Below are positions 28,610-38,690 of a stretch of 64,000 nt of DNA, in pieces (positions within the stretch are counted from its first letter, which is position 1; each line of letters opens with the position of its first letter). The notes beneath the pieces were generated by a model. It searched no databases and had not been told where the DNA came from. It was given only the letters and a program-made list of their open reading frames with translations. Both the position numbers and the translations under genes were made by a program. The stretch spans positions 1-64,000 of IMG/VR virus record IMGVR_UViG_3300026292_000003, one strand, 5' to 3'.

Positions 28610-31600
28610 TTATGTTCCTGCTCTAATGTTTTCGTCTGTTATATTTTGAATAATGTCAATATCGTTAACACTTACATCTGAAATAATAAGTTCATCGCTG
28701 TTTGGTGTAAATTCAAACATATCACCAAATACACTACCTGCACCTTGTGGTACAATAACAAAACTACTTAACACACCTGCAAGTTTCTTATGCACGTATG
28801 CCGCTAGTTCTGTAAAGTAGAATGTTTCTCCAAAGTCCCAATTTGAAGCATCAAAGAATTCTTTAATAGCCTCAACGGTTTTGTTTTTTAAATCACTGTC
28901 AGTTATATTTGATCCTATAAGTTTAATTACTCTAAATCTTGCCTTTAATGAATCATCTGCGTTTGTACCAAAAAGACATTTGTATCTTACTGGCTTATAA
29001 ACTATAGTATCACTCATTGCTTTCTTTTCACCTATAGATGCAAACAGTTGACCTAGTTCGTAACTTGTTGGTGGTGCTGGCATATTTGTAACTGTACCTG
29101 CTAACCAATTTTTATATTCTGTATCGTATGCTGTAGTTAATGCAAATACATCAATAACATTTGTAAAACTTGGATCAACAACTTGATTGTCAGAAGCAAT
29201 ATGCTCCCATTCAAAGTTTAGGTTTTCTTTACCTCTGTAAAAATTGTCACCAATAGATATGTTTTCAGTTCCTACTGTATTATAAAATACATCTGGATCA
29301 TCTGGTCTACTATCTGCATTACCATCAATTAGAACTGTTCTATAAGTGTTTGTTGCTATTTGATCATAACCATATACATAAAACTTTCCTAGTTTAGAAA
29401 TGTTATTATTTAAAACACCCAATGCTTGTATACTATCTCGTTTTGCTTTTTTAGTAAACGAGCTAATTTCGTTTTCATTTTGAATGTTACCAAGTTTAAC
29501 TGCATTACTATTAAAATTAAATCTTAAAGTTCTTAAGTAAATATCATATTGTTGATTAACATAATTAAAATATATTGACCAACTATCATCTGATAAATTA
29601 AAGTCTGTAGGGAAAACAGTACTAGTACTAAATGCACTTGGTGTAGTATCAACTTCCCAACTCTTGTTCACATAATTATATTTTACACTAAATGATTTTT
29701 TAGCATCAAGGTAAGTTATAATAATATCTCTTTCTCTATTGCTAAAGTTTCTTGATAGTGCAGGGTATATAATATCTATTGTACTGTTTGATGGAATTTC
29801 AGCATCAAGAATAATTGATCCTGTACCATCGTTTTGTACGCCAGTTGGTTCACCAGCATTTGTTCCTGTACCTTCAATACCAAGTCCGTAATTGAATACA
29901 TCTACTACCTTTGCCCATTTACTACCACTTGTTGTAGTAAACTTAATTAAAGCACCAGGCGTAATATATTGCATATATGTAGATACTGTATTACCTACTC
30001 TAACAATAGAATTAGTATTGTCTGTTAGATATCCAGTTTTAACACCACTTACTGTTTGACTTGGACTTTGCCATGTCATGCCATCAGTTACGTAACTATG
30101 TTGTGTTTTTAATCCAATAAATGCATTTCTATATTTTGTGTAATATAAATTTATATACTCATCATTGTTAATAATATCTTTTACAAACTTTTCAAATGTT
30201 TGACTTGAGTTATATGTACCACTAGTTGATGATGTAGATAATTTTTCTTCTTGATATAATCTTGCATCATTTCCTTGTAAGTATAAATTACTATATTCGC
30301 CAGTAGGGTCAATAAATTTTGAATATCTACTGTGTCCACTAAATGTTCTGTTTATGCTTTTTACTTTTACTACTCCGCCTGTGTTGTTAGCTAAAATAGT
30401 ATTGTAGTCTTGAGCAGTAATCATTCTGTCTTGACTTGCATAATTCTTTGGTGCGTTTTCTCTTATACTATCTAACGATTCACTTGAAGTAGCATTTGTT
30501 ATTGCTTGTTTTAATTGTAAAGTAAACACCGCTGTATATGTGTTACCATCTTGTCCTGTATAGTTTACATTAATTTTCTTGTTAGTTAAATCATCTGGTC
30601 TAAGAACGTATGTTGTATTCTCACTAGATCTATACCAAACTCTAATTGTATCTTTTGGAATATTACCAAAAGTTCTATCAGGAAATAAAATTGATACTTG
30701 ATTATTATCTCTAGTCTTAACACTAAAGATATCTCTGATTCCAGAAGCTAAATTGTTATATACTATATTACTATTAACATCTTTAACTTTAGTCCATTCT
30801 TTAACTACGTTTCCTGTAGCATTTACATTTTGTACAAAACAATCTGTGTTGTTAATGTTAGCAACATTAATATCAATAACGTTACTATCAATAGGGTCTG
30901 CTATTGGAAAATCTTGATATAATAAGTCACCTTGTTTAACACCAAAGAAGAAACCAGTGTTAGCACTACTAATTCCTCTACCATCATTTTTGAAATACAT
31001 TCCAAAATTAGAAGATGAGTTAGGAGATTTTTCTTTGAATGTTAAATTAGTTTCATCGTAGTCACTGCTAACAATATTAAATGTTTTTGTAGAACCTGTT
31101 ACAGTACCTTCTATATCAAACTTAATTTGGTTTGGTGTGTTGTTTAAATCATAAAAATCTGTTTTAATATTATTAAGTACTACACTTTTATTTGGGCTAC
31201 CATATTGGTTACTATTTTGTAGTACTGCATTTATTATAGTAATAAAGTCATCTAAATTATTAACATCATTAGTGACTTCATATTTAATTTCTGTTCCGCC
31301 TAAACTTGTTCCGGCACTACCTATAACAGCTTCGTTTGTTTTAACACCAACAACTTTCATTTCACCATACGCAGGCACATTACGTCTTGGAGAGTATCCT
31401 AAGAATTCAGCTAGTTTAAAAACTGATTCTTGTTTTTCTGCTGTTGTTAAAAAATTATTTCTAGCATTGAGGTCTACTCTATATGCTAGGTTGTGTCCAA
31501 ACTGAGCTACTACATCAAGTAGTGATACAAATTCAGCTGATTCAATCCAGTCGTTGTAATTTTCTGGATACGTATTGCTGACATAATCAACCATAGCAGT

Positions 31601-31711
31601 TCTAATAGTATCATAATCAAATGCTTGAAAATTAGCATTTACATATGATTCATAAACTACTGTATAGTCTTCTGCCGCAAATATTTTATTTTGTCTAGTT
31701 TTCTGTGCCAT
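28610..31711 (-). CDS. gp6: baseplate wedge protein gp6-like
   Basis: DYDTIR..ENYND..NFLTTAE..SVFKLAEFLGYSPRR; ESLDSIRENAP..QDRMITAQDY. Confidence 0.85.
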   Translation of the reverse strand: MAQKTRQNKIFAAEDYTVVYESYVNANFQAFDYDTIRTAMVDYVSNTYPENYNDWIESAEFVSLLDVVAQFGHNLAYRVDLNARNNFLTTAEKQESVFKLAEFLGYSPRRNVPAYGEMKVVGVKTNEAVIGSAGTSLGGTEIKYEVTNDVNNLDDFITIINAVLQNSNQYGSPNKSVVLNNIKTDFYDLNNTPNQIKFDIEGTVTGSTKTFNIVSSDYDETNLTFKEKSPNSSSNFGMYFKNDGRGISSANTGFFFGVKQGDLLYQDFPIADPIDSNVIDINVANINNTDCFVQNVNATGNVVKEWTKVKDVNSNIVYNNLASGIRDIFSVKTRDNNQVSILFPDRTFGNIPKDTIRVWYRSSENTTYVLRPDDLTNKKINVNYTGQDGNTYTAVFTLQLKQAITNATSSESLDSIRENAPKNYASQDRMITAQDYNTILANNTGGVVKVKSINRTFSGHSRYSKFIDPTGEYSNLYLQGNDARLYQEEKLSTSSTSGTYNSSQTFEKFVKDIINNDEYINLYYTKYRNAFIGLKTQHSYVTDGMTWQSPSQTVSGVKTGYLTDNTNSIVRVGNTVSTYMQYITPGALIKFTTTSGSKWAKVVDVFNYGLGIEGTGTNAGEPTGVQNDGTGSIILDAEIPSNSTIDIIYPALSRNFSNRERDIIITYLDAKKSFSVKYNYVNKSWEVDTTPSAFSTSTVFPTDFNLSDDSWSIYFNYVNQQYDIYLRTLRFNFNSNAVKLGNIQNENEISSFTKKAKRDSIQALGVLNNNISKLGKFYVYGYDQIATNTYRTVLIDGNADSRPDDPDVFYNTVGTENISIGDNFYRGKENLNFEWEHIASDNQVVDPSFTNVIDVFALTTAYDTEYKNWLAGTVTNMPAPPTSYELGQLFASIGEKKAMSDTIVYKPVRYKCLFGTNADDSLKARFRVIKLIGSNITDSDLKNKTVEAIKEFFDASNWDFGETFYFTELAAYVHKKLAGVLSSFVIVPQGAGSVFGDMFEFTPNSDELIISDVSVNDIDIIQNITDENIRAGT

Positions 31712-31713
31712 GA

Positions 31714-32091
31714 TTAAAACTCTGCGTCCTGTTCCCTATCGAACTTAATTTGCAAATCTATTGCTGTTGTAGTAGGTATATATGTTAAATTTACGTTAAT
31801 GGTAACATAATGTTCTTCTTGTCTTATACGAACATCTGTATCATTAACTGTAAAACGAGGATCATAGTTTACTACAGCAAATACTTCTTCTTTTATAGCG
31901 TCAGTAGTTTCATCATCTAACGGTTCAAATACATATAAAGGCAAATTACAACCAAATGTTGGGTTGGTCCATTTCTCACCTTTACGTATATGAAAATGGT
32001 TTAACAGGTCACGTTTAGCAAGTTCAAGGCCAGAAAGACCCTTACTAGTATACGGCTGTTCAACTGTAGTATATCCAATAATATCGCTCAT
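31714..32091 (-). CDS. gp25: baseplate wedge subunit gp25/GPW family
   Basis: LLNHFHIRKGEKWTNPTFGC..LYVFEP..YDPR. Confidence 0.9.
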   Translation of the reverse strand: MSDIIGYTTVEQPYTSKGLSGLELAKRDLLNHFHIRKGEKWTNPTFGCNLPLYVFEPLDDETTDAIKEEVFAVVNYDPRFTVNDTDVRIRQEEHYVTINVNLTYIPTTTAIDLQIKFDREQDAEF

Positions 32092-32124
32092 ACAACTATT
32101 TATGCGATTTATTATGTTAGTAGT

Positions 32125-32676
32125 TTATGATTGTATAATTAACTTATCTTCTGGCCATTGAACGTAGTCTTGCCAGGAAATATCTGGAATTGTTATAGTA
32201 TGTCGCTTGTTTGACTTATTAATTATATGCCAACTTGGTGCTATTGGCTTTGTAATTGGTTTCATTGATGTGTTACAACCTTTTTTAACATTACAAGGAC
32301 CACAAGATGTAACTACATTTGTCCAACCTAGTCTTCCACCTTTAGATTTTGGTATAACATGATCCATTGTAAGTTCTAGATATGTAAATTCATCACCACA
32401 GTACTGACATTGATATTGATCTCGTAAATAAACATTCTTTCTACTAAATCTAGCTCTGTCGGGTTGTCTGTGATATCTGTTAAGCATTACAATACTTGGA
32501 AAGGGAATAGAAAGTGACGTACTTCTTATAACTTCATTATCATAAGTTTCAATTACATGAACTTTATCAGAGAACATTGCCTTTATAGCATTCTGCCAAC
32601 TGATCGTACTTAATGGTAATGTGGAGAGAGGTTGCCCATCTGCGTTAAGTAAAAGAACATTAGGTTTCATGGTCAT
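32125..32676 (-). CDS. HNH endonuclease (McrA-like)
   Basis: RDQYQCQYCG..TMDHVIPKSKGG..WTNVVTSCGPCNVKKG. Confidence 0.9.
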   Translation of the reverse strand: MTMKPNVLLLNADGQPLSTLPLSTISWQNAIKAMFSDKVHVIETYDNEVIRSTSLSIPFPSIVMLNRYHRQPDRARFSRKNVYLRDQYQCQYCGDEFTYLELTMDHVIPKSKGGRLGWTNVVTSCGPCNVKKGCNTSMKPITKPIAPSWHIINKSNKRHTITIPDISWQDYVQWPEDKLIIQS

Positions 32677-32711
32677 CTTTCTTTTATATATTTACTATAT
32701 TTTTATAGTTA

Positions 32712-33437
32712 TTAACTTAACTGTTTTACTAAAACTCTTTTTCTACTTTCAGAAAGATTTGGTAGGAACCTATTAGTTTCTGCATAGTATACATATTCAG
32801 CCTGAGCTTTTTGTTTGTCAGTGAGCTGAAAAGTACTATATTCTTTTAATAGCTGTTGAAGTCCTTGTTCTTTAATTAATGACCTATCTTTATATTGTCC
32901 ATAGTCTGCTAACATTATTATTCTAGATTCAGCTTGTCTTTGTGTTCTTTTTGCTCCGCCTAATATCATTGCAGTACAAAGATAATCCCATTTCTTTTCT
33001 TTAATAAAATCTAATATACGAAACTGTCTTTCTGGGTTACCTATATAATCAATATTATTTGTAAACCAGTATAAACTTAATAACCCATCGTATTGACTTT
33101 GAGACAATGTATCAATAGGTAAAAGGCTTTTAAATCTTCTTTCCTTATCTTTAAAATATCCTGTCCATATAGTATATGCTGTGTCTTCTGTTAATCCATC
33201 GCCGTCTAAGTCTGAAGGTGTAACATTTTTATACCCTATTCTTTCAATTCCGTCAACGGTTTTTCTATATCCATTCCAACCCATAGTTCTGATAATATAG
33301 TTCATAACATTATCACTAGCTTCTAAATTCTTTAATAGTATTTCAGTATTAGCTGTAGTATTATTAAGAACTGAAAATAAACTAAAGTCTATTAGGTTCT
33401 TTTCGTTAACAACGTTTGGAAAGTTAAATGTAGGCAT
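32712..33437 (-). CDS. baseplate-associated lysozyme-like protein (GH24-like, possibly inactive)
   Basis: IGY, LSQSQYDGLLSL and QRQAE resemble phage lysozyme elements; adjacent to gp5. Confidence 0.5.
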   Translation of the reverse strand: MPTFNFPNVVNEKNLIDFSLFSVLNNTTANTEILLKNLEASDNVMNYIIRTMGWNGYRKTVDGIERIGYKNVTPSDLDGDGLTEDTAYTIWTGYFKDKERRFKSLLPIDTLSQSQYDGLLSLYWFTNNIDYIGNPERQFRILDFIKEKKWDYLCTAMILGGAKRTQRQAESRIIMLADYGQYKDRSLIKEQGLQQLLKEYSTFQLTDKQKAQAEYVYYAETNRFLPNLSESRKRVLVKQLS

Positions 33438-34636
33438 TATGCAGTATTTCCTTTTCCTGATGTAAATGTTTCTTGTGTTCCTTCAACACCTAACCAAGGA
33501 TGTTTTTCTGGAACTCTACTTGCAGTACTGAGTTTTACATTTTGATTTTGTGTTTGATTTTGTACTGTTGTTTTTGTAGCCGCTTTAGGTTCTGGACCAT
33601 TCATATCTATTCTAGCACCTTTAATAATTTGATTACCTGCTACAGTTAAATTATAATTTACATCACTTTGTATATTTAAATCAACTGCACTATAGATATC
33701 AATACTGCCAACACTTGTTTCTAATTTTAATCCATCACCGCCTGTGCTTTTTATATTAACACCCATTTCTGCCTGCATATTAATACTGCCTTTAGAATGA
33801 ACATTATAATCACCTTCAGTGTGTATACTTACTCCACCTTTACTATATACGTCTACTCTACCTTGTTGATCCATTTCAATCCAAGCATCGCCGTTTTGTG
33901 TAGTAACAAAAATAAAACCTTTAGTATCTTCAAGTAATACTTGAGCACCACCGTGTGTTCTTAATCTAATATTTTTACTATTGCCAGATGCATCACCATC
34001 GTCCATTGTAAAAGTATGTCCACCACGTGTTGTTATACCAAACACTTTACTTGGACTTTCTCTTCTAGCACTACTCTGACTATGTCCTCTTGTATAATCT
34101 AAACTTAATCCTTGTTCGTTTAATACTGCCTGAAACCATTCATTTAATGGTTTAGTATCTGCATCATTTTGATCATATGGATTTTTCTCAACTGCTGGAC
34201 CTAAACTTTTTTCTCCATTTGCATAAACTTGATAACTAGCATTTCCACCCATCATAGCATTTCTATCTTTAGCTATAAGGCTTCCTACTACAATACCTTG
34301 TTCTATACTACTTGTATAAGCAACTAATACGTTTGTTCCTATTTCAGGTGGCTGTGGCCAAAAGCCATAACTCATTGGAGCTTGAGCTTCTTTAGTTTCG
34401 TCATCACCACTTTCTTTAATTTTTGTATGCCCACCCATAGGTATTGATAACAAACAAATTCTATCTGCATCTTTTGAACCAAAGTCTGATATTCTAACTT
34501 TAATTCTACCTGTGCGTAAGGCATCTGAATTTTCTGTAACTTCACCAACATATACTCCACTGATATTATTAATATTAAAATCAGAGCTTTGTCTTACTTT
34601 TTTACTTACGTGAACACCGTCGTCTTTAATACCCAT
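33437..34636 (-). CDS. gp5: baseplate hub/central spike gp5-like (OB fold plus beta helix)
   Basis: D..RTGRIKVRI, SYGFWPQPPEIGTNVLV, TRGGHTFTMDD, beta-helix repeats, P..HPW end. Confidence 0.8.
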   Translation of the reverse strand: MGIKDDGVHVSKKVRQSSDFNINNISGVYVGEVTENSDALRTGRIKVRISDFGSKDADRICLLSIPMGGHTKIKESGDDETKEAQAPMSYGFWPQPPEIGTNVLVAYTSSIEQGIVVGSLIAKDRNAMMGGNASYQVYANGEKSLGPAVEKNPYDQNDADTKPLNEWFQAVLNEQGLSLDYTRGHSQSSARRESPSKVFGITTRGGHTFTMDDGDASGNSKNIRLRTHGGAQVLLEDTKGFIFVTTQNGDAWIEMDQQGRVDVYSKGGVSIHTEGDYNVHSKGSINMQAEMGVNIKSTGGDGLKLETSVGSIDIYSAVDLNIQSDVNYNLTVAGNQIIKGARIDMNGPEPKAATKTTVQNQTQNQNVKLSTASRVPEKHPWLGVEGTQETFTSGKGNTA

Positions 34637-34637
34637 A

Positions 34638-37058
34638 TTATGTACTTCCTTCCGTTGATGTTGAATTTGGATTAAAATCAGTTCCAGTCATTTGAATTAT
34701 CTGATTTAATACCAATGCTGGATTAGTATTTGTATCTTTAAATCCTACTAGGTTCTGTGTAAATCTTCCACTTTGGAATCTACTTTCTACACTACGAACA
34801 GCATATACTCCAGTTGATATCATGTCAACTGGGCCCCTAGTTTGTTTCTCTAATAAATCTGTTGCGTTAGGATTATAGTTTAACAAAGTTATTAGTAATG
34901 ACTGATTTCCTATATTAGGTGAATTATCTTTACCTTGTACGTGAGCTTTAAATGTATTACCTTGCCAAAAAGGATCACCTTTAATTTCTATGTTAAAATT
35001 AACAGCATCCATTGATCTTAACGCCAAGGCTTGTAACCTTTGAGCATAATGAGAATCACTACCATCAGTTTCATTTTTTTGTTGTTCTTCAACTCCTAAT
35101 GCTTCGTCAACATATTGAACTAAATCGTTGTATCCTTTTTGCATATCGTTAAACGGAATATCATCTAAAAATTTTGTAACTTTAGTTGGTGTTGTAGGAG
35201 TAAACTGTTCTCTACCATCTGCATGGTATATTCCATCCATTGGAATTTTTGAGGTAGTATATAATTGCTCTACGTCAAGTTGATAGTTTAATACTTCATT
35301 ATTTAATCCTGTATACAAATAACTATAACTTTTTGGTATAGTTAAGTTTTTTATTCTTTTCACTTGATGTTGAGGATTGTTAAATTCTTTTTCCTGGTCT
35401 GCAGGATTTAAACTTGGCACAACCTCTGATTGCCTTACGTGAATTGTAAATGTAATAAGTTTCGCTTCAACTTCAACGTTACCTTCACTTGCTTCTACAT
35501 AGTTCGGAGCCGTTTCATATTCTATAGTTGGCTCAACGTGTATGCTGTAAACAATTCCTATTTTCTTTTTAGCTTCTATAACGTATTTTGCAAATGCTGG
35601 GCAGTTAGCTTGTATCTGTTTTTGTATGTATGGAGCTAGTGCAGTTTTAGCATTAACTATTGCTTCTTTTGTTTCTGGTTTATCCATTGTAGTGGAACTT
35701 CCACTACCTTTGTCTGCGTTGGCTGTTGATGCCCACGGTTTAACTTGTAGATTAAAACTCATTAGATCTGTATCTTTATCTCCAACAATTCTAGCACTAT
35801 CAGCAAATACTATTTTAATTTGTTTAGAAGGTTTTATCGCTTTATTCTTTTGTTCTGGTCTAAGTTTATCCCATTCAGCCTGGTTGTATGCTTTTTCTAA
35901 ATTTTTAGCAAATGTACCTACACTATCAATATTTTTTACTGTTATATCTGTTACTGTAACACCTTCTGTTTGTGCGTGTTTAATTAAACTAAATGCAATA
36001 ATATTATATCTAGTACCTTCTGGGCCAGTCTGACTTCTTACTTGGTTTATCTTTATAGGATAAAAAAATGTGTTAGGATATTTTATACTACCGCCAGTAG
36101 CTGGGTCTCTACCTAAAAATTCTAATCTTAATATATAATGTTGTGATGGTAAGTTTGCTGGTCTACCTAATGCTATTCCGGCTTTTAATATTCTGTCTAA
36201 GAAAGTAAATCCAAGAGGTTCCATTAAATCAAATTGAATGATACCTGGTGTAGTATTACCGTGTGCTTGTCCAGGAATTACAGTTTGAATCATAGCAAAG
36301 TTATCCATTGCAAATTCAGTAGTTACTCCAGTTTGTGCTACAATAATAGCATCACCGTTATTAATAGCCGCACTATCTGTACCTTCTAATAGTTCTGGCT
36401 TATTGAATACTTTACTTTTTACAATATATAAAGTCCACCTATATGTTGGACTATCTACTGAACTCATCCAGTTACCTTCAACTCTATTATTTAATTCTGT
36501 TTTTTGTATTTTTTGATTAACTGTTTTCTTTTTGTCTTCTTCTCTTTCTTCTACTTCAATTGTCTCATCATCTTGTCCTTCAGTAAGAGAACTATCATCT
36601 TTAACCTCTGGTCCGTCGTCTGGTAATTTGTCAAAATCAATTTCACTTGCATCTTTTCCGTTTGCTAATGCTATACCATTTTCAATTTGGTTATCATTAA
36701 AACGATTGTTTGGACCTTCGTGCTCGGTCATGGACTTCAATAATTTTTTTGTTAAATTTGGATTATTTTTTAAGCTACCTAAATCAGCATCTGGGTGAAC
36801 ACCTAAATCGTTTGAAACTTTTTGAACATAGGCTTCAGTGTTGTTTTCATTATTTGGAGCCCACTTAGAAATAAGTTCTCTGGTTGTAGTAAGCCCATCT
36901 CGTTCATTGTATGTGTAAAGATTTTTAGCCGCGGCCCTGTAACCATATTCGGGTTTTGAAAATTTTTCAAAGCCCTTATTATTACCTACCTTGCCTACCC
37001 AATCAATTTTTGTAGCTCTGATGTTGAGTGGATTATAATTTCTATAATTTAAGTCCAT
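34638..37058 (-). CDS. baseplate hub protein with N-terminal lysozyme-like domain
   Basis: RNYNPLNIR..F..PEYGYRAAA..KWAPNNENNTEAY domain; C-terminal IEIKGDPFW..SGVY.V.SVESRF.SGRFTQ.L hub motif. Confidence 0.65.
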   Translation of the reverse strand: MDLNYRNYNPLNIRATKIDWVGKVGNNKGFEKFSKPEYGYRAAAKNLYTYNERDGLTTTRELISKWAPNNENNTEAYVQKVSNDLGVHPDADLGSLKNNPNLTKKLLKSMTEHEGPNNRFNDNQIENGIALANGKDASEIDFDKLPDDGPEVKDDSSLTEGQDDETIEVEEREEDKKKTVNQKIQKTELNNRVEGNWMSSVDSPTYRWTLYIVKSKVFNKPELLEGTDSAAINNGDAIIVAQTGVTTEFAMDNFAMIQTVIPGQAHGNTTPGIIQFDLMEPLGFTFLDRILKAGIALGRPANLPSQHYILRLEFLGRDPATGGSIKYPNTFFYPIKINQVRSQTGPEGTRYNIIAFSLIKHAQTEGVTVTDITVKNIDSVGTFAKNLEKAYNQAEWDKLRPEQKNKAIKPSKQIKIVFADSARIVGDKDTDLMSFNLQVKPWASTANADKGSGSSTTMDKPETKEAIVNAKTALAPYIQKQIQANCPAFAKYVIEAKKKIGIVYSIHVEPTIEYETAPNYVEASEGNVEVEAKLITFTIHVRQSEVVPSLNPADQEKEFNNPQHQVKRIKNLTIPKSYSYLYTGLNNEVLNYQLDVEQLYTTSKIPMDGIYHADGREQFTPTTPTKVTKFLDDIPFNDMQKGYNDLVQYVDEALGVEEQQKNETDGSDSHYAQRLQALALRSMDAVNFNIEIKGDPFWQGNTFKAHVQGKDNSPNIGNQSLLITLLNYNPNATDLLEKQTRGPVDMISTGVYAVRSVESRFQSGRFTQNLVGFKDTNTNPALVLNQIIQMTGTDFNPNSTSTEGST

Positions 37059-37342
37059 TATGAGAACCTTACTGGAACTTTTATTGTGACACCTTCTTTA
37101 AAATCTATAATTGGGTCTTTTAACTTATCTTGATTAAACAATGCAAAGACCCACCATAACTTTGAGTTACCATACAATTCGTATGCTAACAAGTCTGGTT
37201 TCTCATTATGTTTTAATTCTAATTTAACAGATTTAGTAGTAGTGTTATCAATATCAATGTCATCAACATTTAAAGTATCTAAATATTGATTACTAACAAT
37301 GTTTGTATTTCTGTACAAGCTATCTGGTCTATAAGTAGCCAT
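37058..37342 (-). CDS. gp53: baseplate wedge protein gp53-like (LysM-like)
   Basis: KPDLLAYELYGNSKLWWVFALFN. Confidence 0.8.
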   Translation of the reverse strand: MATYRPDSLYRNTNIVSNQYLDTLNVDDIDIDNTTTKSVKLELKHNEKPDLLAYELYGNSKLWWVFALFNQDKLKDPIIDFKEGVTIKVPVRFS

Positions 37343-37959
37343 TAAATAAATCCTCCTGTGTTTCCACCTCGAAGCAACGTACCTGTTGCATAATTTCTAA
37401 TGTTAAATTGTTCTTTAACTTTCTTAGGTGGTATCTGTGGAACTAAATCTATTGAAACTAATAACAATGTAGGAACAGTAACACTATCACCTGTAGCTAC
37501 TTCTACATCAACATAATCACTATCTTCAACTAACGTGTAGTTAAAGTTTCTCATTACTACTGGTACATGACTTGCATGAATAACTCCATACGCACTAAAT
37601 TTTAAAATAGGTGGTGGTGTTCCAGCCGTAGCTTGACGCTCTACACCAAAGTCACTTTTAGTACAACTTTTAAAAAAGTGTATTGCCGCCGCTGTATACT
37701 TTGCTTCTTCTACAGTATTTGAAGAAAACAATGCAGTAACGTTGATAGTAGGGTTAGCAGTATTTGAATAATAGTTTTGCTGATATACAGAACCTTGAAC
37801 TTCGTAAGCTCCATAGTTAGCATTATGAGAAAACTGAATAGTAGGTGTATAAGGAAATTGAACTCCACCATCATCGTGTAATGGTTTTAATATACCAAAC
37901 GTTGTAAATGGCTTACCTTTTTCCTTTAGTACTAATTTTACTTTATTTTGAACTGTCAT
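37342..37959 (-). CDS. tail tube initiator/baseplate-tube junction protein (gp48/gp54-like)
   Basis: FPYTPTI..GTPPPILKFSAYG..VPVV..F motifs. Confidence 0.6.
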   Translation of the reverse strand: MTVQNKVKLVLKEKGKPFTTFGILKPLHDDGGVQFPYTPTIQFSHNANYGAYEVQGSVYQQNYYSNTANPTINVTALFSSNTVEEAKYTAAAIHFFKSCTKSDFGVERQATAGTPPPILKFSAYGVIHASHVPVVMRNFNYTLVEDSDYVDVEVATGDSVTVPTLLLVSIDLVPQIPPKKVKEQFNIRNYATGTLLRGGNTGGFI

Positions 37960-38567
37960 TATTTTAATCTGTCCTCGATAAAAGCAAATATGTTCTCATC
38001 ATATTTTCCAAAGAACTGGTTAAATGCTTTTACCTTATCTTGTTTATCAACTTCACTTGCCATAACTTTTCTAAAGTCACTTGCACTCATTCCACCCTGC
38101 ATAACTGGAGCAACATATACATATCCTCTTTCTTGTGCAGTAGGAACTAATTCATTCATATCTTTTGGTAAGTCGTGTAAGAAACCTTTTCCAGTTTCTA
38201 GTCTAGATGCATCTTTTTGTCCATATACAAGAATAGTAGCAGTTTTATTAGGATCTCTACCTACTGCTGATAAGTCTGGTCTATATGGATTAGTCTTAAC
38301 AATTTTGTCTGCTGGTATTCCAAACATCTTGCTCATTATAGATGCCTTTTCGTCAAATGTAAAAGGATCTTCGCTATAATTGCCACCTGCGTGGGCTTTT
38401 TGAGCTTTTTGACTAAAAGTAGTGGCGATAAATACGTTATTAGCACCAAACTTACTTACTAGATGTTTGTAGACATCATGATGTCCTTGGTGCATAGGTT
38501 GGAACCTTCCACCATAGAAAACAGCTATATTGTCAACACTTTCTTTTAATATTTCATTAATTAGCAT
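37959..38567 (-). CDS. cytidyltransferase-like (HxGH) nucleotidyltransferase
   Basis: YGGRFQPMHQGH and MSASDFR. Confidence 0.8.
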   Translation of the reverse strand: MLINEILKESVDNIAVFYGGRFQPMHQGHHDVYKHLVSKFGANNVFIATTFSQKAQKAHAGGNYSEDPFTFDEKASIMSKMFGIPADKIVKTNPYRPDLSAVGRDPNKTATILVYGQKDASRLETGKGFLHDLPKDMNELVPTAQERGYVYVAPVMQGGMSASDFRKVMASEVDKQDKVKAFNQFFGKYDENIFAFIEDRLK

Positions 38568-38690
38568 AATACGACTCTCCGTTTATACTATTTATCAAAT
38601 TAAAAAACCGGTTGACTTTGGGTGCAGGTTCAACTATAATAAGCATATCAAAAGATAGAATTAAGAAATTCTAATTTCCGAAAGAATAAA

